From a virus (taxonomy: Duplodnaviria; Caudoviricetes): 64,000 nucleotides of DNA. Shown here piece by piece: positions 19,358-29,775 of this stretch. The notes beneath the pieces were generated by a model. It had not been told where the DNA came from, did no database searches, and saw only the letters and a program-made list of their open reading frames with translations. Positions within the stretch are counted from its first letter, which is position 1, and every line of letters starts with the position of its first letter. Both the position numbers and the translations under genes were made by a program. The DNA lies in the IMG/VR virus record IMGVR_UViG_3300031555_003117, positions 1-64,000 of that record; one strand, given 5' to 3'.

Positions 19358-22300
19358 TTATGTGAATTGGCAAGTGGTAACGCCATGTGTATGAATTTCA
19401 GATCCACTGGAATCTGTTCCAAAAGCAATCCAATAGATGTAAATGTATCCAAGGGAAGAGGGGCTTGAGCAGTTTGTTGCTACTCTAAATGTACACGAAC
19501 CTGTTCCGTGCATATTTATCATGCAGTTTACAAACTCTCCGTTGCTCAACGAGGAATAAGTAGCAGTCTTTGCAGTAGCTACAACCGTAGGCTCTGAAGC
19601 AAAGCTTACTCCATAAGTTATTCGTGTGGTGATAGAAGTCCACGTTCCCGTACTTCCACTGGAAGATTCGCCAGAACTGCTGCTGCCAGATACGAGCACC
19701 CAATCACCACTATTGTTGTAGTAAGTTGCGCCCGGAATCATGCATACTTGTCCATCTACGCCAGATAATGGCAAACTCGATTTGTACGAAACGCCAAGCG
19801 TATTCAATGCAGTTTTAGCCATACTTGAAGTCATACCCTCATGGAATACTCTGTATGTACTGTATGTTCCACCAACTGCAGTTCTTAACGCCAAGGCATC
19901 ATCGAGGCTAGACTTGTAGTTTGCAGATCGTACTTCCAGCATTCTTCTGTTATTGCCAGATGTATCATCATATATTGAAATTGAAGTAGCACCCTGATAA
20001 CTGGTTTCCAAAACGCCAACCTTGCCAGTAGAAGTATTGTTGTACGTCGGATATAGTCGAATAGTCGGATAGTATGTGTTCTGCATTGTTAGTGTGCCGG
20101 TCATCGTTCCGCCTGCAAGTGGCACATAATCTCCACTTGTTGTTTCACCGGAACTTGAACCGGGCAAATAATAAGGAATACCTCCTACAATGGGGCATGC
20201 AACGTATCCGCCACTTGAAATCTGAGATGTCGTTGTAATACTGCTATTTCCAGATTTCACAATACCATATGTGCTTGAATTTGCTGTCGGAACATTAATT
20301 GTTCCGTCCAGATCAACGCTAAGCGTAGAACCGATAATTACGCCGCCCAAATTTGTTTTGTCGGCAGGTGTGAGGACAAAGCCAGTGCCACTGCCGCCAG
20401 CAATTGCTTGCCAACCGCCGCCAGACTTCACATATATTCCATGCTCGCCCGTCATGGCTTCGCCAGAATAGATGCTCCCAGTCTTGATCCACATCAGCGA
20501 ATTCGCAGATTTGGAATAGAACAGTAGATAATAGGAACCCTGTGTGATGGAAAGCCCGTCAATACATGTTAGCGTAATGCTTGCACTACGATCTACGTTT
20601 GTACTCTTATTCCATCCAGATGGCGGCGTATAGGATGTGTTTGCAACCTCCGTATTTGTGTTGCCGCTTGCGCGGAAGAGCTTAATCTTAATGGGGTTAA
20701 CAAGTTTACTTTCATAAGGCTTGTCTCGGCTTGCGCCAGAAGGCCACGTGTTAAAAGTAAAGTTTACCTGTATTGAAGATAGCGAAGAAATACCAGAAAG
20801 TGTGATATCAAAAGGAATCAAATAACCAGCATGTGCGGAAGATACTGTACCTGCGCCAACACGCGCATATCCGCTAATGCTATCGCCGTCCAGACCGGTT
20901 GTATTCCAATACTCAAGCTTTATGCCGCAATAGGTATCATCTCTGTAAGTTTTATAAGATGCAAGTGCCAAATAGCCAGGGTTAGAATATCCGGAATTGT
21001 ATTGGTGCGATGTAACGACTGCGCCCGACATGGATGCAGACGCTGTTCCATCGGAATACAATGTGCAGATATCGCCATTTGTTGTACCGCTAATTCGTTC
21101 CATGGCCGCTTCCGATGCAGCTCTGTAAAATCCAACCAGCATGCCGATAGCGCCTTTATCGCCGCCGCCAGTGCCGCCATTTTCAACAGGAAGGATAAAG
21201 TCACTTGAGAATTTTACGTTTCGACCGATTCTTAACTCATAGCTGGTTACGCCATCGTAGGTTGAAGACGAAATTTCAAAGATATTGTCTGCGCCTTCTG
21301 AATCTGCGCGAACAATAAAGGCACCTTGTATGCTGATGCCATCTGAACCAATATAAGTACCGCCCGTAGAATAAAGCGTACTTGCACTTCCGCTGTATAT
21401 GGCACCGCTCTTGATCGTCCATCCGCCAGCTCCGCCAATATATCCTGTATTGGCATAAATATCGCCAGTAATCGACAATACCCCTGTTGATTTGGTATAT
21501 TTAAATGCACTACCGCCAATGCTGATACCATCGGTTCCAAGATATGTTCCACCACTTGCGCCAAGCGATGAAGCTGTACCATTGTAAATGCTATTGGTGC
21601 CAATGACCCATCCGCCAGTTCCGCCAATGTATCCTCCGAGCGCAGTAATATAACCGCTCAAATACATATTGCCGTTTTCGTAATAAAGCATAGATGAATC
21701 ATCTGAACGGAAGAATCCCATTGCATCATTCATTACTTGGAAATAGGTATTGTCTTTGCCGGTTATTTTCAGGCCAACTTTTTCGTTTAACAGCAGTTCA
21801 TTGACATTAGAATTTGTAAAATAGATGCCAGTAGTGCCATTATAAATGCTGTTGGCAAAGATTCTTGCAGCCTCCGCTTCTTCAGAAGCACTATCCGCCA
21901 ATACTTTTGCATTGTCTGCAGATGTTTGTGCAGAGTTTGCTTTTGCGAGTGCATTAAGCGCCTCTTGCTTTGCTGCGTCAGCAGCCTCTTGTGCGTCTAC
22001 AATTGCTTGATCTTGATAAACGACCCATTTGGTTCCGCTCCAACGATATAATTTGTTACCTTCGGAAGTGTTAATCCATAGATCGCCTATGGCTGTTGCA
22101 GTCGGCTGAGTAGATTGTGCAAACGTAACAATTTTTCCATCTGCGGTTGATTGTGCGTCACTGGCAGCATCCAGCGCGGCCTTAAGTGCCTGATTTGTAA
22201 TATCAACCCATCCACTGTTTGTATATCGAAAAATCTTACCATTCGCAGTATCATACCAAATATCATTTACTGCAGGATCGCTTGGCTTTGCACCGTAATA

Positions 22301-25300
22301 AGTAGTAGTCTTTCCGTCAATGCAGTCGGTAAGTTCTGCTTTTAATGCGTCAAGCTCTGCCTTGGTCATTTCATCAATATAATCTTCAATTGGAGTTTCC
22401 TCATCATCTCCGCCAAGGATTCTTAGGCTTGTCGCTACAACTTCGCCTGTAAATTTCCCTTCTGCTGCTTCAAGCGTACCGATAAAATGAAGATTGCCTG
22501 CATTGTCCGCGTAAAGTAGATTAACGTATTGCTCATTCCCGTCAAGGTCATAATCCTTGCGACGTATCACAAATACATTTTTATCCTCTGGTACATTTTC
22601 GCCATTGGTTGTAAGCGTCAAACCATGCTGGTCGAGAACGATGCTGTTGTTCTGATTATAAATGCCAACTTTTTCACCAAGGATTAAATTACCTACCAGT
22701 GTATCTGCAATTACGCCATATGATTCCTCTAAGTCTCCAGTTTCGGGATTATAGAATGTAAAATCACCAATGCCAGCCTTGGAAGTCAGCCATCCATCAT
22801 CCGTCAAATATAAACCACGGTTGATGATCTTTAACTGCTTATCATCATAATCATCTGTAATCGGCAGATACTGTCTGCATAGAAACCCTCGTTCATCCCA
22901 TGTAATATTCTGGTCTTTGGCACTGTCTACAATCTTCATCTTCGTCAATGCCAAGCCTTCAGTTACCCAGCCATCAAGAAACGTCTGTGTTTTCTTTGCG
23001 CTTCCAGCCTGTCGCTTCACAGAGTCATAAGAAGATGCCATGGAATATGCTTGCCGCAATATACTCTCACTGTCGCTTGAAGCATCTGCTGCACGGATAA
23101 CATCTGAAAAGGTTATGGAAATATTTTCTAGATTATCATAATCTATCTCGTATGAAATCAGCCTGAGTCTGTAAATTTCACCGTCAACATTAATTCGAAG
23201 CCAGTTGCCCACCTTGAAATTATCCACAATCACCTTAAATTCTGGCATTACAAGTAGATTCTTTAGCGTCGCAGTGATTGAATGCTGCAGAGTCGCAGAT
23301 TTAACCAATTCTTTCTTGGCAATCTCCATGAATTCCAATGCGTTTGCGAATAACTGTGCGTTGTCTAGACCATCCGAAATGTAGTTTTCATTGCGAAAAG
23401 TGGATTCTCTGCGGTAAGTATGGAATTCCTTCCATAGATCCGTTCCAAGATATGCTTCGAAATTCAAGGCGTCCTGAATGGCATTATTTTCATCAATAAT
23501 CAAGTTTTGCAAGCCATCAGCAATCAGATCGCCATCTCGATCAAATGAACCAATAATAATGGCAATTTCGCTTTCTCGTAATTTCATTTCAGCCTGTATT
23601 GCCATCAGCTTTTGATAGTAGGGGAGATAAATTGTCTGATAAAGGTCTTGCTCTTGGCTTGCCCATGTCTCATCATTTGCAACGCCTTGCTCAATTAAGA
23701 TATCAAGGCATGCTTGACAGGCATCGGCAAAGCTCTGTAGGCTTGTTAAACAGTATCTGCGGAGTCTGACCTTAAAATTACCCAGGCTCAGTTTGAAAAG
23801 TCCACTGATCTCAGTCGGACTTTCTGATGCGCCGCTTACAGCCTTTTCAAGTCGCTGATAAATGAAATCTGTATAGTTATCAGTGATCGTTATACTTATA
23901 GTAGAACTGTCGGCGGTGTCTTCCTCGTCAGAATAATTTGTAACTGTAAATACGCCGCTCCATACGTTGCCGCTATAATTGCTGCTCTTTACTTTTACCT
24001 GATACCGTGGATCAATCAGCGTTTTGGCCATTGCCAGAACAGAGCTTGTCGCAGTTGCATGCGAACAAATTGAAAGATCTGTCACAGCCACGGGGGAGAG
24101 TGCGCCCGAAGTAAGCCTGTCTGCCTGATCATCAGCGCTCGTGTCTGAAATTTCCACGCTCGGCATCAATGTGTTCTGCAAGATATGATAAAAATCAATT
24201 GTATCGTAATATGCGTTCATCAGCGCCGGATAGCCGACGATGGGCGATGCTATGGTTCGAATGCCTGCCCTGTATTCGCTATATTTTTCAACAAGGTTGT
24301 TGTACGCTGATAGCACATCTGCCCTGAATGAAATTTTGTGCTCAAGCTGATAGTATCGGTAGAGATCATCATAGCTTTGCAGACGCGATCTTAAACCGTC
24401 ACTCATGTCATTCCTTGTGGAATTCGGGAAATACCATATATAGCCACTGCCGTTTGGGTTGCAGTTAACTAGCGTAGCGGTCATCAGATCATCACCGGCT
24501 TCAAGTTTAAAGCAATTCTTTACGGATGCATTGTCTGATGCATATGTAATCCCATCTGCAAGGTTTTCTTTAGAAATATAAATCCCCGTATCTTCACCAT
24601 AGCCAAGGCGTATGTTTTCACTTTCGCAGTTTGAACATGTGTGAAGGAACTCTCCACGGGTTTTGCAATCATAGCAATAAGATTCCAGATCATAAATGCT
24701 GATCTCGCGCTTTATGCCGCCATCGCTATTCATGCCAGAATCAATGATGAAGATACAGTTTATCTCTGTGGCAATCTCCTGAAATGCATCATAAATGCTG
24801 ATTTCGTTAAACTCAAAGGTGCGCTGAATCTTCGCAATGCTGGCATCCACATGTTTAATCGTGTAGTGTGGCGCTTTCTCCATTATGCGGTTCAACAGAG
24901 ACGCATTCGGATTTGTTTCATCAAACAGAACCGTTACCTCATAATCGTCTCTTGAGATATCGGTTTCAGTATTAATCTCTATACCATAAAGATTGATCTG
25001 AGAAAGTTCCGCTTCGCCAATGGATACAGCAGAAATATGTTTAATTACTTCTGCATCATCAACAAATTCTACATAGATTTCAAACCAACGATCATACTCT
25101 GGACAATAGATTAGCCGAAAATCTTGAACTTCATCCCAAACGGGGTTTATCAGTTCACCTATATACTTATGAACTTCAAATTTAAAGTCAAAGCAAGCGT
25201 TTAAGGAATCTACAGCTTTTAGATTATAAGCAACGACTGATCCAAGCCGCTTTCCTCCGCGTGTTGACAACATTAAAGTTGGCTGAATTACGTTATACGA

Positions 25301-25327
25301 ATTATCAAATTTTATTTTCACTGCCAA
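19358..25327 (-). CDS. Central tail spike / baseplate hub (Tal-like), 1989 aa
   Basis: Follows Dit; coiled-coil middle, DIWYDT/DLWINT repeats, Gly-rich GGWxI beta repeats, lectin-like C-terminus. Confidence 0.8.
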   Translation of the reverse strand: MAVKIKFDNSYNVIQPTLMLSTRGGKRLGSVVAYNLKAVDSLNACFDFKFEVHKYIGELINPVWDEVQDFRLIYCPEYDRWFEIYVEFVDDAEVIKHISAVSIGEAELSQINLYGIEINTETDISRDDYEVTVLFDETNPNASLLNRIMEKAPHYTIKHVDASIAKIQRTFEFNEISIYDAFQEIATEINCIFIIDSGMNSDGGIKREISIYDLESYCYDCKTRGEFLHTCSNCESENIRLGYGEDTGIYISKENLADGITYASDNASVKNCFKLEAGDDLMTATLVNCNPNGSGYIWYFPNSTRNDMSDGLRSRLQSYDDLYRYYQLEHKISFRADVLSAYNNLVEKYSEYRAGIRTIASPIVGYPALMNAYYDTIDFYHILQNTLMPSVEISDTSADDQADRLTSGALSPVAVTDLSICSHATATSSVLAMAKTLIDPRYQVKVKSSNYSGNVWSGVFTVTNYSDEEDTADSSTISITITDNYTDFIYQRLEKAVSGASESPTEISGLFKLSLGNFKVRLRRYCLTSLQSFADACQACLDILIEQGVANDETWASQEQDLYQTIYLPYYQKLMAIQAEMKLRESEIAIIIGSFDRDGDLIADGLQNLIIDENNAIQDALNFEAYLGTDLWKEFHTYRRESTFRNENYISDGLDNAQLFANALEFMEIAKKELVKSATLQHSITATLKNLLVMPEFKVIVDNFKVGNWLRINVDGEIYRLRLISYEIDYDNLENISITFSDVIRAADASSDSESILRQAYSMASSYDSVKRQAGSAKKTQTFLDGWVTEGLALTKMKIVDSAKDQNITWDERGFLCRQYLPITDDYDDKQLKIINRGLYLTDDGWLTSKAGIGDFTFYNPETGDLEESYGVIADTLVGNLILGEKVGIYNQNNSIVLDQHGLTLTTNGENVPEDKNVFVIRRKDYDLDGNEQYVNLLYADNAGNLHFIGTLEAAEGKFTGEVVATSLRILGGDDEETPIEDYIDEMTKAELDALKAELTDCIDGKTTTYYGAKPSDPAVNDIWYDTANGKIFRYTNSGWVDITNQALKAALDAASDAQSTADGKIVTFAQSTQPTATAIGDLWINTSEGNKLYRWSGTKWVVYQDQAIVDAQEAADAAKQEALNALAKANSAQTSADNAKVLADSASEEAEAARIFANSIYNGTTGIYFTNSNVNELLLNEKVGLKITGKDNTYFQVMNDAMGFFRSDDSSMLYYENGNMYLSGYITALGGYIGGTGGWVIGTNSIYNGTASSLGASGGTYLGTDGISIGGSAFKYTKSTGVLSITGDIYANTGYIGGAGGWTIKSGAIYSGSASTLYSTGGTYIGSDGISIQGAFIVRADSEGADNIFEISSSTYDGVTSYELRIGRNVKFSSDFILPVENGGTGGGDKGAIGMLVGFYRAASEAAMERISGTTNGDICTLYSDGTASASMSGAVVTSHQYNSGYSNPGYLALASYKTYRDDTYCGIKLEYWNTTGLDGDSISGYARVGAGTVSSAHAGYLIPFDITLSGISSLSSIQVNFTFNTWPSGASRDKPYESKLVNPIKIKLFRASGNTNTEVANTSYTPPSGWNKSTNVDRSASITLTCIDGLSITQGSYYLLFYSKSANSLMWIKTGSIYSGEAMTGEHGIYVKSGGGWQAIAGGSGTGFVLTPADKTNLGGVIIGSTLSVDLDGTINVPTANSSTYGIVKSGNSSITTTSQISSGGYVACPIVGGIPYYLPGSSSGETTSGDYVPLAGGTMTGTLTMQNTYYPTIRLYPTYNNTSTGKVGVLETSYQGATSISIYDDTSGNNRRMLEVRSANYKSSLDDALALRTAVGGTYSTYRVFHEGMTSSMAKTALNTLGVSYKSSLPLSGVDGQVCMIPGATYYNNSGDWVLVSGSSSSGESSSGSTGTWTSITTRITYGVSFASEPTVVATAKTATYSSLSNGEFVNCMINMHGTGSCTFRVATNCSSPSSLGYIYIYWIAFGTDSSGSEIHTHGVTTCQFT

Positions 25328-25351
25328 GCGCCATCACCTCTCTTTCCTCTG

Positions 25352-26170
25352 TTACGGTACATCTTTGATGATCGGGTCATATTGAATATCAATAATACAT
25401 GGTAAACTAACGGAGATTATATTGCTTCTGTCCTCAAGGGAATTCTCAATGCGCAAAAAGTGGAAATTGAAATCATTGTATATTTCGTGTGCGCTATCTG
25501 ACGAGACTAGAATCTGTTCATTTCCCTGAATGGTAATGGTTTCGCCTTCTGTGCAATTCAAAATCTCCATGAGCGTACCGTTAGTCAGATTCTGAATCCT
25601 TAAATTACCGCCTGCATTACATATTACCGTAATATCTGGATAAATATATCCAATTTCGTCTGACCTATCAATGATTTCAAATTCTTCGCCTGCATGAATA
25701 ATTGTTTTTAGATATTGTTCTCTTTCGCCATACCCGAACGGCCTGTTCGTTTCCATTGTTAGTCGGAGTCCAAATAGCTTTTTGTGAATCTCTATCTTGT
25801 CTATATTAAAACTCGCATCAAAATAGCAAGGGCTATGCTCCAAAGCGTCTTCGACCACCACCTGAAATTTCAGGAACTGCTTCCGATTAAGCCATCTTAC
25901 CAGATCCCTGAACTCATCGTTGCTGATCTCCATATCGCTTGGTTGATACAAATCGGGATTCTTACAAATGTCAAATGTAGTTTGAATACATTCGTCATAT
26001 TGAGTACCGACACTGTATCGTATTTTACCCTTGTGGTTTGAAACAGTATTAAATACAATCTTTGAACCTGCATTTACAATATCGGCACCGGATGGACTAT
26101 TAAAATCACAGATGATAAATCCATAATCGCTCAAATGCTGTCCATCATACTCAAAATCTAAAGCATACAT
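25352..26170 (-). CDS. Distal tail protein (Dit)
   Basis: DFEYDGQHLSDYG start and position directly after TMP. Confidence 0.75.
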   Translation of the reverse strand: MYALDFEYDGQHLSDYGFIICDFNSPSGADIVNAGSKIVFNTVSNHKGKIRYSVGTQYDECIQTTFDICKNPDLYQPSDMEISNDEFRDLVRWLNRKQFLKFQVVVEDALEHSPCYFDASFNIDKIEIHKKLFGLRLTMETNRPFGYGEREQYLKTIIHAGEEFEIIDRSDEIGYIYPDITVICNAGGNLRIQNLTNGTLMEILNCTEGETITIQGNEQILVSSDSAHEIYNDFNFHFLRIENSLEDRSNIISVSLPCIIDIQYDPIIKDVP

Positions 26171-26276
26171 AGTACATCCGTACCTTTCTTAGTTTTGTAG
26201 CATAGAATGAGTTTTAGGTCTTCATTCCGACCAATTGAATGGGTTTAATGCCTCCATTCCGGCTGTACATGAAAAG

Positions 26277-26303
26277 GGGAGGGCAGTCAAACCCTCCCGC
26301 TTT
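26277..26303 (-). terminator. Terminator-like hairpin after TMP
   Basis: GGGAGGG-loop-CCCTCCC followed by CTTTTC on minus strand. Confidence 0.6.
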
Positions 26304-26313
26304 CCTAAAACCA

Positions 26314-28391
26314 TCAAGTCCAATGGTATTTATATTTTTCCAGTTTACTCTTTCCCATCATACGGTCAGTTGTCATGGACTGAATAAACTTTTCAAACTT
26401 GCCGTCATGCTGCATCTTATACATCAGATCATTATAATCATCAACATGGTCAATCGGCATATTGAATTCAAAGTGATTCGTCACGCTACCGATGCTCTCA
26501 CCGCCAGCCGGTTCGCCCATCCTTGAATACAATTTTTCCAGAGCAACCGTAGTATCCATTGCCCTGCTCATCACGTGCAGGTTATTCGCCAGCTTAGAGA
26601 AATTCGTAGCCTGATCCGGCGTCAGAACTGCTTCACCACGTTTCAGCGTGTTCACAGTAATTACGTCATCGCCCTGCATCTGAGCAATTCTTTTCAGTTC
26701 GCCTACATAGCCGCCTTCGCTAAAGCCCTGAATCAGCTTGGAACCATTCTTTGAAACCCAAGCCTTTTCGCCCTTGTAGATAATGGAATGCCAGTTGCCT
26801 ACGGTTTCTCCGCCGTATTCAAATGTCTGGCCTTCCTTTACCGTACCGATGTCCTTGTAGCTCTTGCCTGCACCTGTTCTTACATTCCATCTGCCGTCCA
26901 GAATTTCAACCTTCATCGGCTGAGTTTCGGGTTCGTCCGGTTCTTCCGGAGTAGTCGGAATTGAAGGAGGTGTTATCGGCTCCGTGCTTTCAGGCTCGGT
27001 TGGAATGGTAGGCGTTGTGGTGGTCGTATTCGTAATTGTTTCGCCAGCAGTTGTATTGCTGCGCAGAACCATAGAAGAAACGTTGGCGGAAATACCGTTC
27101 AGCACAGCATTCAAGCTCGTAAGCTGAGTAGTGAAATCCGTGCCATACTTGGTAATAACGCCGCTGATACCACCATCGCCAGACCAGATAGCGGTCATGG
27201 TGTTTGAAAGCTTCAAGCCCAGCTTGTCGCTGACCGTTGTGATCGTATCCTCAATCGTCTTTGAATCGGCGTTGATTGCGTCGATCATGTCAGAAATCAA
27301 GGCGTCTGTATCATCAAGACGTTGATTCAGAACGGCTTCGTAATCTGAGTAGAGGTCGTCAAGAAGCTTTTTCTGGTCTTTGATGTACTGGTCATACTGA
27401 CTTTCTGCCAGTTCATCTTCGGCTTCTGCAAGCTCAACCTGCAGTTTTTGAATTCTGGCCTTGTTTTCCTCAGAAGTATCATTGGCGTATGCACTCAATT
27501 GCTTCTGAAGCTTCTGTACTTCCGAGGATTGCTTCTTGATCTTTTTCTGATAATCATATAGGTCTTTGGCGCTGTCAAGAGATTCTTCATAGGCGTCAAT
27601 CAGTTCCCGCAGTGAATCCAGTTCCAGATTGATACCTTCCTCTACCATGTCGATGATCGCTTGCTTTTCTTCCTCTGCCGCAGAAACAGATTCATGCTGC
27701 AAACTCAGCAGTTCTTCCCTGCGCTCAATCAGGTCAGTATTGTAAGGATCATTGGCAATCTGCTTGTCGATCTTTTCTATCTCATCGGCATACTTTTCTG
27801 CCTGTGCAAGATAAGTATTATAATTCTGACCATGCAAGCCCATTGCAGCCATACCTTCATCAGTTAGCTGTCCGCGCTCAGTGTAGAGGTCTGAGTTTTC
27901 CAACAGAGAAATCAGCGTGTTCGCTTCATCTGTAATCTTGGAAATGCGGTCTTGCACATAGTCGAAGTAAGACCATTCAAGGTTTTGTATCTCTGCGCCA
28001 TATTCGGCAACGGCAACCTGGCTTTCCTGAATTGCTTCCTTGGTATCATTGATCTGAATCTGCATTGAATACCAGGCTTCGCTGCCTTCTTCAATTTCAC
28101 CAGAATTGATACCTTGGCTCATAGCCTGAATCAAATCAGCCAATCGCTTTTCAGAGATGCCTTGCTTGGATTGTTCAACTGCCTGCAGCTCCTTGTAGAA
28201 GTTAATGCTTCCGAGGTAGCCCTGTGCGTCAAGTTGAGCAATGCCGTTGTTAATGGTATTTGCCCTGTGCTCTTCAAGCGCAAGTTCGTTATCCATCTGG
28301 GTAGTGATGGTGTCGAATCGCTCCTGATAAAGAGAAGCAAGGGATTCATGCAGTTCATCAATCGCATCCTTGCAGTCAAGGGCTTTTTCAT
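26314..28391 (-). CDS. Tape measure protein exon 4 (includes C-terminal SH3b domain)
   Basis: Joins exon 3 as TGG T|AT GAA AAA (W-Y-E-K-A-L-D), in frame with ORF 26314..28296; WNVRTGAGKSY SH3b motif. Confidence 0.85.
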
Positions 28392-28493
28392 CGTTATCTT
28401 TAGTTGGTTAGCTACACCAACTGGATTGTTAATCCCACATAGTTTCCTATGTGACGAGACTATATCTTCTACACTAAAAATAACAGTATGATA

Positions 28494-28521
28494 TTGACAT
28501 AACAATAAATCTACATATAAT
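28494..28521 (+). promoter_or_regulatory. sigmaA-type promoter inside intron 3 (peptide mRNA)
   Basis: TTGACA-16 bp-TATAAT. Confidence 0.75.
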
Positions 28522-28687
28522 AAAGATGTGGAAACCACCGTCAGGTCAGGGTTCTTTTCGTATCGTTTTCTGCCTTGGCGGTTGATGGTAAAAGGGCGGT
28601 TGCCTCCTAATTCGACACTCGCGTGAGCTGAAAGGAGGTGCAATGTGCGGCTCCCGACGAGAATACTTTTTCGGAGGTGAATTGCGC

Positions 28688-28822
28688 ATGAAAGCTATTT
28701 CATTTATGGGAGACCTTTGTGGCATCTTAGGATTTATCCTAACGATTCTATTCCGTGTAATAGACTCTTTTAAATGGAAAGCGAGCCGTCTCGCTACAGA
28801 CGACTCGCTTAGGGGTATCTGA
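28688..28822 (+). CDS. Putative type I toxin, 44 aa membrane peptide MKAISFMGDLCGILGFILTILFRVIDSFKWKASRLATDDSLRGI (in-frame upstream ATG at 28643 gives 59 aa)
   Basis: RBS GGAGGTG; one hydrophobic helix then basic residues; convergent antisense promoter; below the ORF-track size cut-off. Confidence 0.65.
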   Translation: MKAISFMGDLCGILGFILTILFRVIDSFKWKASRLATDDSLRGI

Positions 28823-28885
28823 GGTCGTAAGCCTCAATGCCTTTGTATAAGCCTGTTTCTCGTGGCGACCGTCTAGGTTTCCACA
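28775..28885 (-). ncRNA. Putative antisense antitoxin RNA (about 110 nt, ends approximate)
   Basis: Minus-strand promoter at 28891-28919; terminator-like 12 bp hairpin at 28779-28810; overlaps 3' part of peptide ORF. Confidence 0.55.
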
Positions 28886-28890
28886 TCTTT

Positions 28891-28919
28891 ATTATATATA
28901 GCATTTTTTATCGTGTCAA
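28891..28919 (-). promoter_or_regulatory. sigmaA-type promoter inside intron 3 (antisense RNA)
   Basis: TTGACA-17 bp-TATAAT on minus strand. Confidence 0.75.
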
Positions 28920-29173
28920 GATACATTTTGAGTATATTTTAGGTAGTCTACCTTTTCGAATCGCCAATCGCTTGCGATCCTACTCCCTTGCGGGATAGTC
29001 GTTGAACGTTCCCCTGTTCAGGGCTTCGCTGCTGATTGCCCAATCCTTACGTTTTTCAAACCATCGCACTTCGGTTTATTTCATCCGTATGCTGTGGTTG
29101 TAAGGCTCTAAGGGGTTTCCAGCAATTAAATAGAATACCCCTATTCGTTACCGAATAGAGGGGCAATTTGTTT

Positions 29174-29775
29174 ACCATTCTGTATAAGAGTCTATAAGTT
29201 CAGCGGTTTCCTCGTCATATTCCTTGATGTCGATTGTACCGTCATGAACCTTCTTTTTCAGTTCGTCAGACAGGCCAACAGAATTTGCTTCCTGCATATA
29301 GCGCTCAAAACCAGCCTCTTGAATTGCCAATTCTTCACGCATCTTGCGCATCTGTTCTGTTGCCGCTTCAAGTCTCTTGGGAAGCGGCTTAAAAATGCTG
29401 GCAAATGCATTTGCAGCCTTTTCAACCAGACGCTGAATGCGACTGATAGCAACTTCGATCCAGTCTTTGATGGAAGGATCGGATTCTTCATCGGAAGAGC
29501 TACTGGAAGAACCTTTGTTTGAGGAACTACTACCTGATGGTTTAGTCGTTACCTGACCACCGATGATAACCGACCCATTAGCCGTGCCACCATACTCAGT
29601 ATTGGACGCAAAAGCCGTACCCTCAGCAAGTGCTTTTCCTCTCGGCGTAATGCCTGAGATTTTACCATTTTTCAGCAATTGCTCTGTCTGCTTATGGTTA
29701 AAGATTATGTCGCCCTTCTTGTATTGGAAGAATTCTGCGCCATAATCGCCGATGGTGAAGTATTTGCCGTTACGT
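29174..29775 (-). CDS. Tape measure protein exon 3
   Basis: Joins exon 2 as GTG GT|A CGT AAC GGC (V-V-R-N-G-K-Y-F), in frame with ORF 29172..29678. Confidence 0.85.

Larger units (their letters stand above)
28392..29173 (-). ncRNA. Group I intron (TMP intron 3), 782 nt, no endonuclease
   Basis: AATTGCTGGAAA, CAATCAGCAGC, GTTCAACGACTA and AAGATATAGTCT core elements; 5' U and terminal G; frame restored. Confidence 0.92.

Noticed and set aside
1443-25327. A second DGR variable repeat in other fibre genes
   Set aside because: No further match to the TR found by eye; a BLASTn of TR against the whole genome would settle remote targets
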